Positions 51,501 through 64,000 of a stretch of DNA of 64,000 nt are shown one piece after another. Position 1 is the first letter of the stretch; each line of letters opens with the position of its first letter. The position numbers and the translations under genes are program-made. Under the pieces are notes generated by a model, which was not told where the DNA came from, did not search any database, and worked only from the letters and a program-made list of their open reading frames with translations. The stretch comes from Nemertoderma westbladi (Eukaryota; Animalia; Xenacoelomorpha), in contig JAUCBJ010006717.1 of assembly GCA_032718475.1 (NCBI GenBank), positions 1-64,000 on the forward strand, written 5' to 3'.

Positions 51501-54500
51501 GGAATGAACTATCAGAATGGAATTAACAATCAGAATGGAATGAACTATCAGAATGGAATGAACTATCAGAATGGAATGAACTATCAGAATGGAATGAACT
51601 ATCAGAATGGAATTAACAATCAGAATGGAATGAACTATCAGAATGGAATGAACTATCAGAATGGAATGAACTATCAGAATGGAATGAACTATCAGAATGG
51701 AATGAACAATCAGAATGGAATTAACAATCAGAATGGAATGAATGAACTATCAGAATGGAATGAACTATCATAATGGAATGAACTATCAGAATGGAATGAA
51801 CTATCAGAATGGAATTAACTATCAGAATGGAATGAACTATCAGAATGGAATGAACTATCAGAATGGAATTAACTATCAGAATGGAATGAACTATCAGAAT
51901 GGAATTAACAATCAGAATGGAATGAACTATCAGAATGGAATAAATGAACTATCAGAATGGAATGAACTATCAGAATGGAATGAACTATCAGAATGGAATG
52001 AACTATCAAAATGGAATGAACTATCAGAATGGAATGAACAATCAGAATGGAATGAACAATCAGAATGGAATGAACTATCAGAATGGAATTAACAATCAGA
52101 ATAGAATGAACTATCAGAATGGAATGAACTATCAGAATGGAATGAACTATCAGAATGGAATGAACTATCAGAATGGAATTAACAATCAGAATGGAATGAA
52201 CTATCAGAATGGAATGAACAATCAGAATGGAATGAACAATCAGAATGGAATGAACTATCAGAATGGAATGAACTATCAGAATGGAATGAACAACCAGTAT
52301 GGAATGAATGAACTATCAGAATGGAATGAACTATCAGAATGGAATGAACTATCAGAATGGAATGAACTATCAGAATGGAATGAACTATCAGAATGGAATG
52401 AACTATCAGAATGGAATGAACTATCAGAATGGAATGAACTATCAGAATGGAATGAACAACCAGTATGGAATGAATGAACTATCAGAATGGAATGAACTAT
52501 CAGAATGGAATGAACAATCAGAATGGAATGAACTATCAGAATGGAATGAACTATCAGAATGGAATGAACTATCAGAATGGAATGAACAACCAGTATGGAA
52601 TGAATGAACTATCAGAATGGAATGAACAACCAGTATGGAATGAATGAACTATCAGAATGGAATGAACTATCAGAATGGAATGAACAATCAGAATGGAATG
52701 AACTATCAGAATGGAATGAACTATCAGAATGGAATGAACTATCAGAATGGAATTAACTATCAGAATGGAATGAATGAACTATCAGAATGGAATGAACTAT
52801 CAGAATGGAATGAACAATCAGAATGGAATGAACTATCAGAATGGAATGAACTATCAGAATGGAATGAACAACCAGTATGGAATGAATGAACTATCAGAAT
52901 GGAATGAACAACCAGTATGGAATGAATGAACTATCAGAATGGAATGAACTATCAGAATGGAATGAACAATCAGAATGGAATGAACAATCAGAATGGAATG
53001 AACTATCAGAATGGAATGAACTATCAGAATGGAATTAACAATCAGAATGGAATGAACTATCAGAATGGAATGAACTATCAGAATGGAATGAACTATCAGA
53101 ATGGAATGAACTATCAGAATGGAATGAACTATCAGAATGGAATGAACAACCAGTATGGAATGAATGAACTATCAGAATGGAATGAACAACCAGTATGGAA
53201 TGAATGAACTATCAGAATGGAATGAACTATCAGAATGGAATGAACAATCAGAATGGAATGAACAATCAGAATGGAATGAACTATCAGAATGGAATTAACA
53301 ATCAGAATGGAATGAACAATCAGAATGGAATGAACTATCAGAATGGAATGAACTATCAGAATGGAATGAACTATCAGAATGGAATGAACTATCAGAATGG
53401 AATGAACTATCAGAATGGAATGAACTATCAGAATGGAATGAACTATCAGAATGGAATGAACAACCAGTATGGAATGAATGAACTATCAGAATGGAATGAA
53501 CAACCAGTATGGAATGAATGAACTATCAGAATGGAATTAACAATCAGAATGGAATGAACAATCAGAATGGAATGAACTATCAGAATGGAATGAACTATCA
53601 GAATGGAATTAACAATCAGAATGGAATGAACTATCAGAATGGAATGAACTATCAGAATGGAATGAACTATCAGAATGGAATGAACTATCAGAATGGAATG
53701 AACTATCAGAATGGAATGAACTATCAGAATGGAATTAACAATCAGAATGGAATGAACTATCAGAATGGAATGAACAATCAGAATGGAATGAACAATCAGA
53801 ATGGAATGAACTATCAGAATGGAATGAACTATCAGAATGGAATGAACAACCAGTATGGAATGAATGAACTATCAGAATGGAATGAACTATCAGAATGGAA
53901 TGAACTATCAGAATGGAATGAACTATCAGAATGGAATGAACTATCAGAATGGAATGAACTATCAGAATGGAATGAACTATCAGAATGGAATGAACTATCA
54001 GAATGGAATGAACAACCAGTATGGAATGAATGAACTATCAGAATGGAATGAACTATCAGAATGGAATGAACAATCAGAATGGAATGAACTATCAGAATGG
54101 AATGAACTATCAGAATGGAATGAACTATCAGAATGGAATGAACAACCAGTATGGAATGAATGAACTATCAGAATGGAATGAACAACCAGTATGGAATGAA
54201 TGAACTATCAGAATGGAATGAACTATCAGAATGGAATGAACAATCAGAATGGAATGAACTATCAGAATGGAATGAACTATCAGAATGGAATGAACTATCA
54301 GAATGGAATTAACTATCAGAATGGAATGAATGAACTATCAGAATGGAATGAACAACAAGTATGGAATGAATGAACTATCAGAATGGAATTAACAATCAGA
54401 ATGGAATGAACAATCAGAATGGAATGAACTATCAGAATGGAATGAACTATCAGAATGGAATGAACTATCAGAATGGAATGAACTATCAGAATGGAATGAA

Positions 54501-57500
54501 CTATCAGAATGGAATGAACTATCAGAATGGAATGAACAACCAGTATGGAATGAATGAACTATCAGAATGGAGTGAACAACCAGTATGGAATGAATGAACT
54601 ATCAGAATGGAATGAACTATCAGAATGGAATGAACAATCAGAATGGAATGAACAATCAGAATGGAATGAACTATCAGAATGGAATGAACTATCAGAATGG
54701 AATTAACAATCAGAATGGAATGAACTATCAGAATGGAATGAACTATCAGAATGGAATTAACAATCAGAATGGAATGAACTATCAGAATGGAATGAACTAT
54801 CAGAATGGAATGAACTATCAGAATGGAATGAACTATCAGAATGGAATGAACTATCAGAATGGAATGAACAACCAGTATGGAATGAATGAACTATCAGAAT
54901 GGAATGAACAACCAGTATGGAATGAATGAACTATCAGAATGGAATGAACTATCAGAATGGAATGAACAATCAGAATGGAATGAACAATCAGAATGGAATG
55001 AACTATCAGAATGGAATGAACTATCAGAATGGAATTAACAATCAGAATGGAATGAACTATCAGAATGGAATGAACTATCAGAATGGAATGAACTATCAGA
55101 ATGGAATGAACTATCAGAATGGAATGAACTATCAGAATGGAATGAACAACCAGTATGGAATGAATGAACTATCAGAATGGAATGAACAACCAGTATGGAA
55201 TGAATGAACTATCAGAATGGAATGAACAACCAGTATGGAATGAATGAACTATCAGAATGGAATGAACTATCAGAATGGAATGAACAATCAGAATGGAATG
55301 AACAATCAGAATGGAATGAACTATCAGAATGGAATGAACTATCAGAATGGAATGAACAACCAGTATGGAATGAACTATCAGAAAGGAATTAACAATCAGA
55401 ATGGAATGAACTATCAGAATGGAATGAACTATCAGAATGGAATGAACTATCAGAATGGAATGAACTATCAGAATGGAATGAACTATCAGAATGGAATGAA
55501 CTATCAGAATGGAATGAACTATCAGAATGAATGAACTATCAGAATGGAATGAACAACCAGTATGGAATGAATGAACTATCAGAATGGAATGAACTATCAG
55601 AATGGAATGAACAATCAGAATGGAATGAACAATCAGAATGGAATGAACTATCAGAATGGAATGAACTATCAGAATGGAATGAACAACCAGTATGGAATGA
55701 ATGAACTATCAGAATGGAATGAACTATCAGAATGGAATGAACAATCAGAATGGAATGAACTATCAGAATGGAATGAACTATCAGAATGGAATGAACTATC
55801 AGAACGGAATGAACAATCAGAATGGAATGAACTATAAAAATGGAATTAACTATCAGAATGGAATGAACAATCAGAATGGAATGAACTATCAGAATGGAAT
55901 GAACTATCAGAATGGAATGAACTATCAGAATGGAATGAACAATCAGAATGGAATGAACTATCAGAATGGAATGAACTATCAGAATGGAATGAACAACCAG
56001 AATGGAATGAACAATCAGAATGGAATGAACAATCAGAATGGAATGAACTATCAGAATGGAATGAACTATCAAAATGGAATGAACTATCAGAATGGAATGA
56101 ACAATCAGAATGGAATGAACAATCAGAATGGAATGAACTATCAGAATGGAATGAACTATCAGAATGGAATGAACTATCAGAATGGAATGAACTATCAGAA
56201 TGGAATGAACAATCAGAATGGAAGGAACAATCAGAATGGAATGAACTATCAGAATGGAATGAACAATCAGAATGGAATTAACTATCAGAATGGAATGAAC
56301 AACCAGTATGGAATGAATGAACTATCAGAATGGAATGAACAACCAGTATGGAATGAATGAACTATCAGAATGGAATGAACTATCAGAATGGAATGAACTA
56401 TCAGAATGGAATGAACTATCAGAATGGAATGAACTATCAGAATGGAAAGAACTATCAGAATGGAATGAACAACCAGTATGGAATGAACTATCAGAATGGA
56501 ATGAACAATCAGAATGGAATGAACAATCAGAATGGAATGAACTATCAGAATGGAATGAACTATCAGAATGGAATGAACAACCAATATGGAATGAATGAAC
56601 TATCAGAATGGAATGAACAACCAGTATGGAATGAATGAACTATCAGAATGGAATGAACTATCAGAATGGAATGAACAATCAGAATGGAATGAACTATCAG
56701 AATGGAATGAACTATCAGAATGGAATGAACTATCAGAATGGAATGAACTATCAGAATGGAATGAACAACCAATATGGAATGAATGAACTATCAGAATGGA
56801 ATGAACAACCAGTATGGAATGAATGAACTATCAGAATGGAATGAACTATCAGAATGGAATGAACAATCAGTATGGAATGAACAACCAGTATGGAATGAAC
56901 TATCAGAATGGAATGAACAATCAGAATGGAATGAACAACCAGTATGGAATGAATGAACTATCAGAATGGAATGAACAATCAGAATGGAATGAACTATCAG
57001 AATGGAATGAACTATCAGAATGGAATGAACAATCAGAATGGAATGAACAACCAGTATGGAATGAACTATCAGAATGGAATGAACTATCAGAATGGAATGA
57101 ACTATCAGAATGGAATGAACTATCAGAATGGAATGAACTATCAGAATGGAATGAACTATCAGAATGGAATGAACTATCAGAATGGAATGAACTATCAGAA
57201 TGGAATGAACTATCAGAATGGAATGAACTATCAGAATGGAATGAACTATCAGAATGGAATGAACTATCAGAATGGAATGAACAATCATAATGGAATGAAC
57301 AACCAGTATGGAATGAATGAACTATCAGAATGGAATGAACTATCAGAATGGAATGAACTATCAGAATGGAATGAACAATCAGAATGGAATGAACAACCAG
57401 TATGGAATGAATGAACTATCAGAATGGAATGAACAATCAGAATGGAATGAACAACCAGTATGGAATGAACTATCAGAATGGAATGAACTATCAGAATGGA

Positions 57501-60500
57501 ATTAACAATCAGAATGGAATGAACTATCAGAATGGAATGAACTATCAGAATGGAATGAACTATCAGAATGGAATGAACTATCAGAATGGAATGAACTATC
57601 AGAATGGAATGAACAATCATAATGGAATGAACAACCAGTATGGAATGAATGAACTATCAGAATGGAATGAACTATCAGAATGGAATGAACTATCAGAATG
57701 GAATGAACAATCAGAATGGAATGAACAACCAGTATGGAATGAATGAACTATCAGAATGGAATGAACTATCAGAATGGAATGAACAACCAGAATGGAATGA
57801 ACTATCAGAATGGAATGAACTATCAGAATGGAATGAACTATAAAAATGGAATTAACTATCAGAATGGAATGAACTATCAGAATGGAATGAACTATCAGAA
57901 TGGAATGAACTATCAGAATGGAATGAACTATCAGAATGGAATGAACTATCAGAATGGAATGAACTATCAGAATGGAATGAACTATCAGAATGGAATGAAC
58001 TATCAGAATGGAATGAACTATCAGAATGGAATGAACTATCAGAATGGAATGAACTATCAGAATGGAATGAACTATCAGAATGGAATGAACTATCAGAATG
58101 GAATGAACTATCAGAATGGAATGAACTATCAGAATGGAATGAACTATCAGAATGGAATGAACTATCAGAATGGAATGAACTATCAGAATGGAATGAACTA
58201 TCAGAATGGAATGAACTATCAGAATGGAATGAACTATCAGAATGGAATTAACAATCAGAATGGAATGAACTATCAGAATGGAATAAACTATCAGAATGGA
58301 ATGAACAACCAGTATGGAATGAATGAACTATCAGAATGGAATGAACAACCAGTATGGAATGAATGAACAACCAGTATGGAATGAATGAACTATCAGAATG
58401 GAATGAACTATCAGAATGGAATGAACAACCAGTATGGAATGAACTATCAGAATGGAATGAACTATCAGAATGGAATGAACTATAAAAATGGAATGAACTA
58501 TCAGAATGGAATGAACTATCAGAATGGAATGAACTATCAGAATGGAATGAACTATCAGAATGGAATGAACAACCAGTATGGAATGAATGAACTTTCAGAA
58601 TGGAATGAACTATCAGAATGGAATGAACTATCAGAATGGAATGAACTATCAGAATGGAATGAACTATCAGAATGGAACGAACAACCAGTATGGAATGAAC
58701 TATCAGAATGGAATGAACTATCAGAATGGAATGAACTATCAGAATGGAATGAACTATCAGAATGGAATGAACTATCAGAATGGAATGAACTATCAGAATG
58801 GAATGAACTATCAGAAGGGAATGAACAACCAGTATGGAATGAATGAACTATCAGAATGGAATGAACAACCAGTATGGAATGAATGAACTATCAGAATGGA
58901 ATGAACTATCAGAATGGAATGAACAATCAGAATGGAATGAATGAACTATCAGAATGGAATGAACTATCAGAATGGAATGAACTATCAGAATGGAATGAAC
59001 TATCAGAATGGAATGAACTATCAGAATGGAATGAACTATCAGAATGGAATGAACTATCAGAATGGAATGAACAACCAGTATGGAATGAATGAACTATCAG
59101 AATGGAATGAACAACCAGTATGGAATGAATGAACTATCAGAATGGAATGAACTATCAGAATGGAATGAACTATCAGAATGGAATGAACTATCAGAATGGA
59201 ATGAACTATCAGAATGGAATGAACAACCAGTATGGAATGAATGAACTATCAGAATGGAATGAACAACCAGTATGGAATGAATGAACTATCAGAATGGAAT
59301 GAACTATCAGAATGGAATGAACTATCAGAATGGAATGAATGAACTATCAGAATGGAATGAACTATCAGAATGGAATGAATGAACTATCAGAATGGAATGA
59401 ACTATCAGAATGGAATGAATGAACTATCAGAATGGAATGAACTATCAGAATGGAATGAACTATCAGAATGGAATGAACTATCAGAATGGAATGAACTATC
59501 AGAATGGAATGAACTATCAGAATGGAATGAACTATCAGAATGGAATGAACTATCAGAATGGAATGAACTATCAGAATGGAATGAACTATCAGAATGGAAT
59601 GAATGAACTATCAGAATGGAATGAACTATCAGAATGGAATGAATGAACTATCAGAATGGAATGAACTATCAGAATGGAATGAACTATCAGAATGGAATGA
59701 ACTATCAGAATGGAATGAACTATCAGAATGGAATGAATGAACTATCAGAATGGAATGAACTATCAGAATGGAATGAATGAACTATCAGAATGGAATGAAC
59801 TATCAGAATGGAATGAATGAACTATCAGAATGGAATGAACTATCAGAATGGAATGAACTATCAGAATGGAATGAACTATCAGAATGGAATGAACTATCAG
59901 AATGGAATGAATGAACTATCAGAATGGAATGAACTATCAGAATGGAATGAACTATCAGAATGGAATGAACTATCAGAATGGAATGAACTATCAGAATGGA
60001 ATGAACTATCAGAATGGAATGAACTATCAGAATGGAATGAACTATCAGAATGGAATGAACTATCAGAATGGAATGAATGAACTATCAGAATGGAATGAAC
60101 TATCAGAATGGAATGAATGAACTATCAGAATGGAATGAATGAACTATCAGAATGGAATGAACTATCAGAATGGAATGAACTATCAGAATGGAATGAATGA
60201 ACTATCAGAATGGAATGAACTATCAGAATGGAATGAACTATTAGAATGGAATGAACTATCAGAATGGAATGAATGAACTATCAGAATGGAATTAACAATC
60301 AGAATGGAATGAACTATCAGAATGGAATGAACTATCAGAATGGAATGAACTATCAGAATGGAATGAACTATCAGAATGGAATGAACTATCAGAATGGAAT
60401 GAATGACCAGTATGGAATGAATGAACTATCAGAATGGAATGAACTATCAGAATGGAATGAACTATCAGAATGGAATTAACAATCAGAATGGAATGAACAA

Positions 60501-63500
60501 TCAGAATGGAATTAACAATCAGAATGGAATGAACTATCAGAATGGAATGAACTATCAGAATGGAATGAACTATCAGAATGGAATGAACTATCAGAATGGA
60601 ATGAACTATCAGAATGGAATGAACTATCAGAATGGAATGAACTATCAGAATGGAATGAACTATCAGAATGGAATGAACTATCAGAATGGAATGAACTATC
60701 AGAATGGAATGAACTATCAGAATGTAATGAACTATCAGAATGGAATGAACTATCAGAATGGAATGAACTATCAGAATGGAATGAACTATCAGAATGGAAT
60801 GAATGAACTATCAGAATGGAATGAATGAACTATCAGAATGGAATGAACTATCAGAATGGAATGAACTATCAGAATGTAATGAACTATCAGAATGGAATGT
60901 ACTATCAGAATGGAATGAACTATCAGAATGGAATGAACTATCAGAATGGAATGAATGAACTATCAGAATGGAATGAATGAACTATCAGAATGGAATTAAC
61001 AATCAGAATGGAATTAACAATCAGAATGGAATGAACAATCAGAATGGAATTAACAATCAGAATGGAATGAACTATCAGAATGGAATGAACTATCAGAATG
61101 GAATGAACTATCAGAATGGAATGAACAACCAGTATGGAATGAATGAACTATCAGAATGGAATGAATGAACTATCAGAATGGAATTAACAATCAGAATGGA
61201 ATGAACTATCAGAATGGAATGAACTATCAGAATGGAATTAACAATCAGAATGGAATGAACAATCAGAATGGAATTAACAATCAGAATGGAATGAACTATC
61301 AGAATGTAATGAACTATCAGAATGGAATGTACTATCAGAATGGAATGAACTATCAGAATGGAATTAACAATCAGAATGGAATGAACAATCAGAATGGAAT
61401 TAACAATCAGAATGGAATGAACTATCAGAATGTAATGAACTATCAGAATGGAATGTACTATCAGAATGGAATGAACTATCAGAATGGAATGAACTATCAG
61501 AATGGAATGAATGAACTATCAGAATGGAATGAATGAACTATCAGAATGGAATTAACAATCAGAATGGAATTAACAATCAGAATGGAATGAACAATCAGAA
61601 TGGAATTAACAATCAGAATGGAATGAACTATCAGAATGGAATGAACTATCAGAATGGAATGAACTATCAGAATGGAATGAACTATCAGAATGGAATGAAC
61701 TATCAGAATGTAATGAACTATCAGAATGGAATGAACTATCAGAATGGAATGAACTATCAGAATGTAATGAACTATCAGAATGGAATGAACTATCAGAATG
61801 GAATGAATGAACTATCAGAATGGAATGAATGAACTATCAGAATGGAATGAACTATCAGAATGGAATGAACTATCAGAATGTAATGAACTATCAGAATGGA
61901 ATGTACTATCAGAATGGAATGAACTATCAGAATGGAATGAACTATCAGAATGGAATGAATGAACTATCAGAATGGAATGAATGAACTATCAGAATGGAAT
62001 TAACAATCAGAATGGAATTAACAATCAGAATGGAATGAACAATCAGAATGGAATTAACAATCAGAATGGAATGAACTATCAGAATGGAATGAACTATCAG
62101 AATGGAATGAACTATCAGAATGGAATTAACAATCAGAATGGAATTAACAATCAGAATGGAATTAACAATCAGAATGGAATGAACTATCAGAATGGAATGA
62201 ACTATCAGAATGGAATGAACTATCAGAATGGAATGAACTATCAGAATGTAATGAACTATCAGAATGGAATGAACTATCAGAATGGAATGAACTATCAGAA
62301 TGTAATGAACTATCAGAATGGAATGAACTATCAGAATGGAATGAATGAACTATCAGAATGGAATGAATGAACTATCAGAATGGAATGAACTATCAGAATG
62401 GAATGAACTATCAGAATGTAATGAACTATCAGAATGGAATGTACTATCAGAATGGAATGAACTATCAGAATGGAATGAACTATCAGAATGGAATGAATGA
62501 ACTATCAGAATGGAATGAACTATCAGAATGGAATGAATGAACTATCAGAATGGAATGAACTATCAGAATGGAATGAATGAACTATCAGAATGGAATGAAC
62601 TATCAGAATGGAATGAACTATCAGAATGGAATGAACTATCAGAATGGAATGAACTATCAGAATGGAATGAACTATCAGAATGGAATGAACTATCAGAATG
62701 GAATGAACTATCAGAATGGAATGAACTATCAGAATGGAATGAACTATCAGAATGGAATGAATGAACTATCAGAATGGAATGAACTATCAGAATGGAATGA
62801 ATGAACTATCAGAATGGAATGAACTATCAGAATGGAATGAACTATCAGAATGGAATGAATGAACTATCAGAATGGAATGAACTATCAGAATGGAATGAAC
62901 TATTAGAATGGAATGAACTATCAGAATGGAATGAATGAACTATCAGAATGGAATTAACAATCAGAATGGAATGAACTATCAGAATGGAATGAACTATCAG
63001 AATGGAATGAACTATCAGAATGGAATGAACTATCAGAATGGAATGAACTATCAGAATGGAATGAATGACCAGTATGGAATGAATGAACTATCAGAATGGA
63101 ATGAACTATCAGAATGGAATGAACTATCAGAATGGAATTAACAATCAGAATGGAATGAACAATCAGAATGGAATTAACAATCAGAATGGAATGAACTATC
63201 AGAATGGAATGAACTATCAGAATGGAATGAACTATCAGAATGGAATGAACTATCAGAATGGAATGAACTATCAGAATGGAATGAACTATCAGAATGGAAT
63301 GAACTATCAGAATGGAATGAATGAACTATCAGAATGGAATGAACTATCAGAATGGAATGAATGAACTATCAGAATGGAATGAACTATCAGAATGGAATGA
63401 ACTATCAGAATGTAATGAACTATCAGAATGGAATGTACTATCAGAATGGAATGAACTATCAGAATGGAATGAACTATCAGAATGGAATGAATGAACTATC

Positions 63501-64000
63501 AGAATGGAATGAATGAACTATCAGAATGGAATTAACAATCAGAATGGAATTAACAATCAGAATGGAATGAACAATCAGAATGGAATTAACAATCAGAATG
63601 GAATGAACTATCAGAATGGAATGAACTATCAGAATGGAATGAACTATCAGAATGGAATGAACAACCAGTATGGAATGAATGAACTATCAGAATGGAATGA
63701 ATGAACTATCAGAATGGAATTAACAATCAGAATGGAATGAACTATCAGAATGGAATGAACTATCAGAATGGAATTAACAATCAGAATGGAATGAACAATC
63801 AGAATGGAATTAACAATCAGAATGGAATGAACTATCAGAATGTAATGAACTATCAGAATGGAATGTACTATCAGAATGGAATGAACTATCAGAATGGAAT
63901 TAACAATCAGAATGGAATGAACAATCAGAATGGAATTAACAATCAGAATGGAATGAACTATCAGAATGTAATGAACTATCAGAATGGAATGTACTATCAG
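21503..64000. repeat. 18-bp satellite array 2, over 42 kb (roughly 2300 monomers), runs off the window end
   Basis: Same monomer and orientation as array 1; I saw no foreign insertion or strand inversion. Confidence 0.99.

Noticed and set aside
9720-63704. Hundreds of MNYQNG, ELSEWN, IVHSIL and SFHSDS ORFs as protein-coding genes
   Set aside because: They are automatic translations of an 18-bp (6-codon) satellite, open on both strands and broken repeatedly by frameshifting indels.
9706-64000. CRISPR array or telomeric repeat
   Set aside because: There are no unique spacers or cas genes, and the monomer is not a TTAGGG-type repeat. The array has HOR-like structure typical of satellites.
9706-64000. 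Heat-shock elements from the many GAA triplets
   Set aside because: Canonical HSEs need alternating inverted nGAAn units; here all are direct repeats on one strand.

Overview
Eukaryotic (probably invertebrate metazoan) repeat-dense DNA at the edge of a large satellite array; no ordinary host gene is visible. Positions 1-~3.9 kb hold the 5' part of a minus-strand LTR retrotransposon. It has a gag-like ORF with BEL/Pao-like features that is broken by one frameshift in a homopolymer and runs off the window edge, plus a probable 5' LTR followed by a non-tRNA, possibly self-priming PBS. Positions 3.9-9.7 kb are a mosaic of two Helentron/HINE-like non-autonomous units, an RTE-clade LINE 3' fragment, poly-C/poly-G tracts, 57-bp and 36-bp minisatellites and two tRNA-derived SINEs. 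An 18-bp satellite (GAACTATCAGAATGGAAT)n fills 9.7-16.1 kb and 21.5-64 kb. The block 4276-16070 is tandemly duplicated from 16071 with near-identical unique flanks. The satellite shows regional variant zones and nested higher-order duplications (112 bp to 5.8 kb, plus one 8.1-kb-distant copy). The many MNYQNG/ELSEWN/IVHSIL ORFs are translations of the satellite, not genes. All family assignments come from motif recognition by eye, not from database searches.
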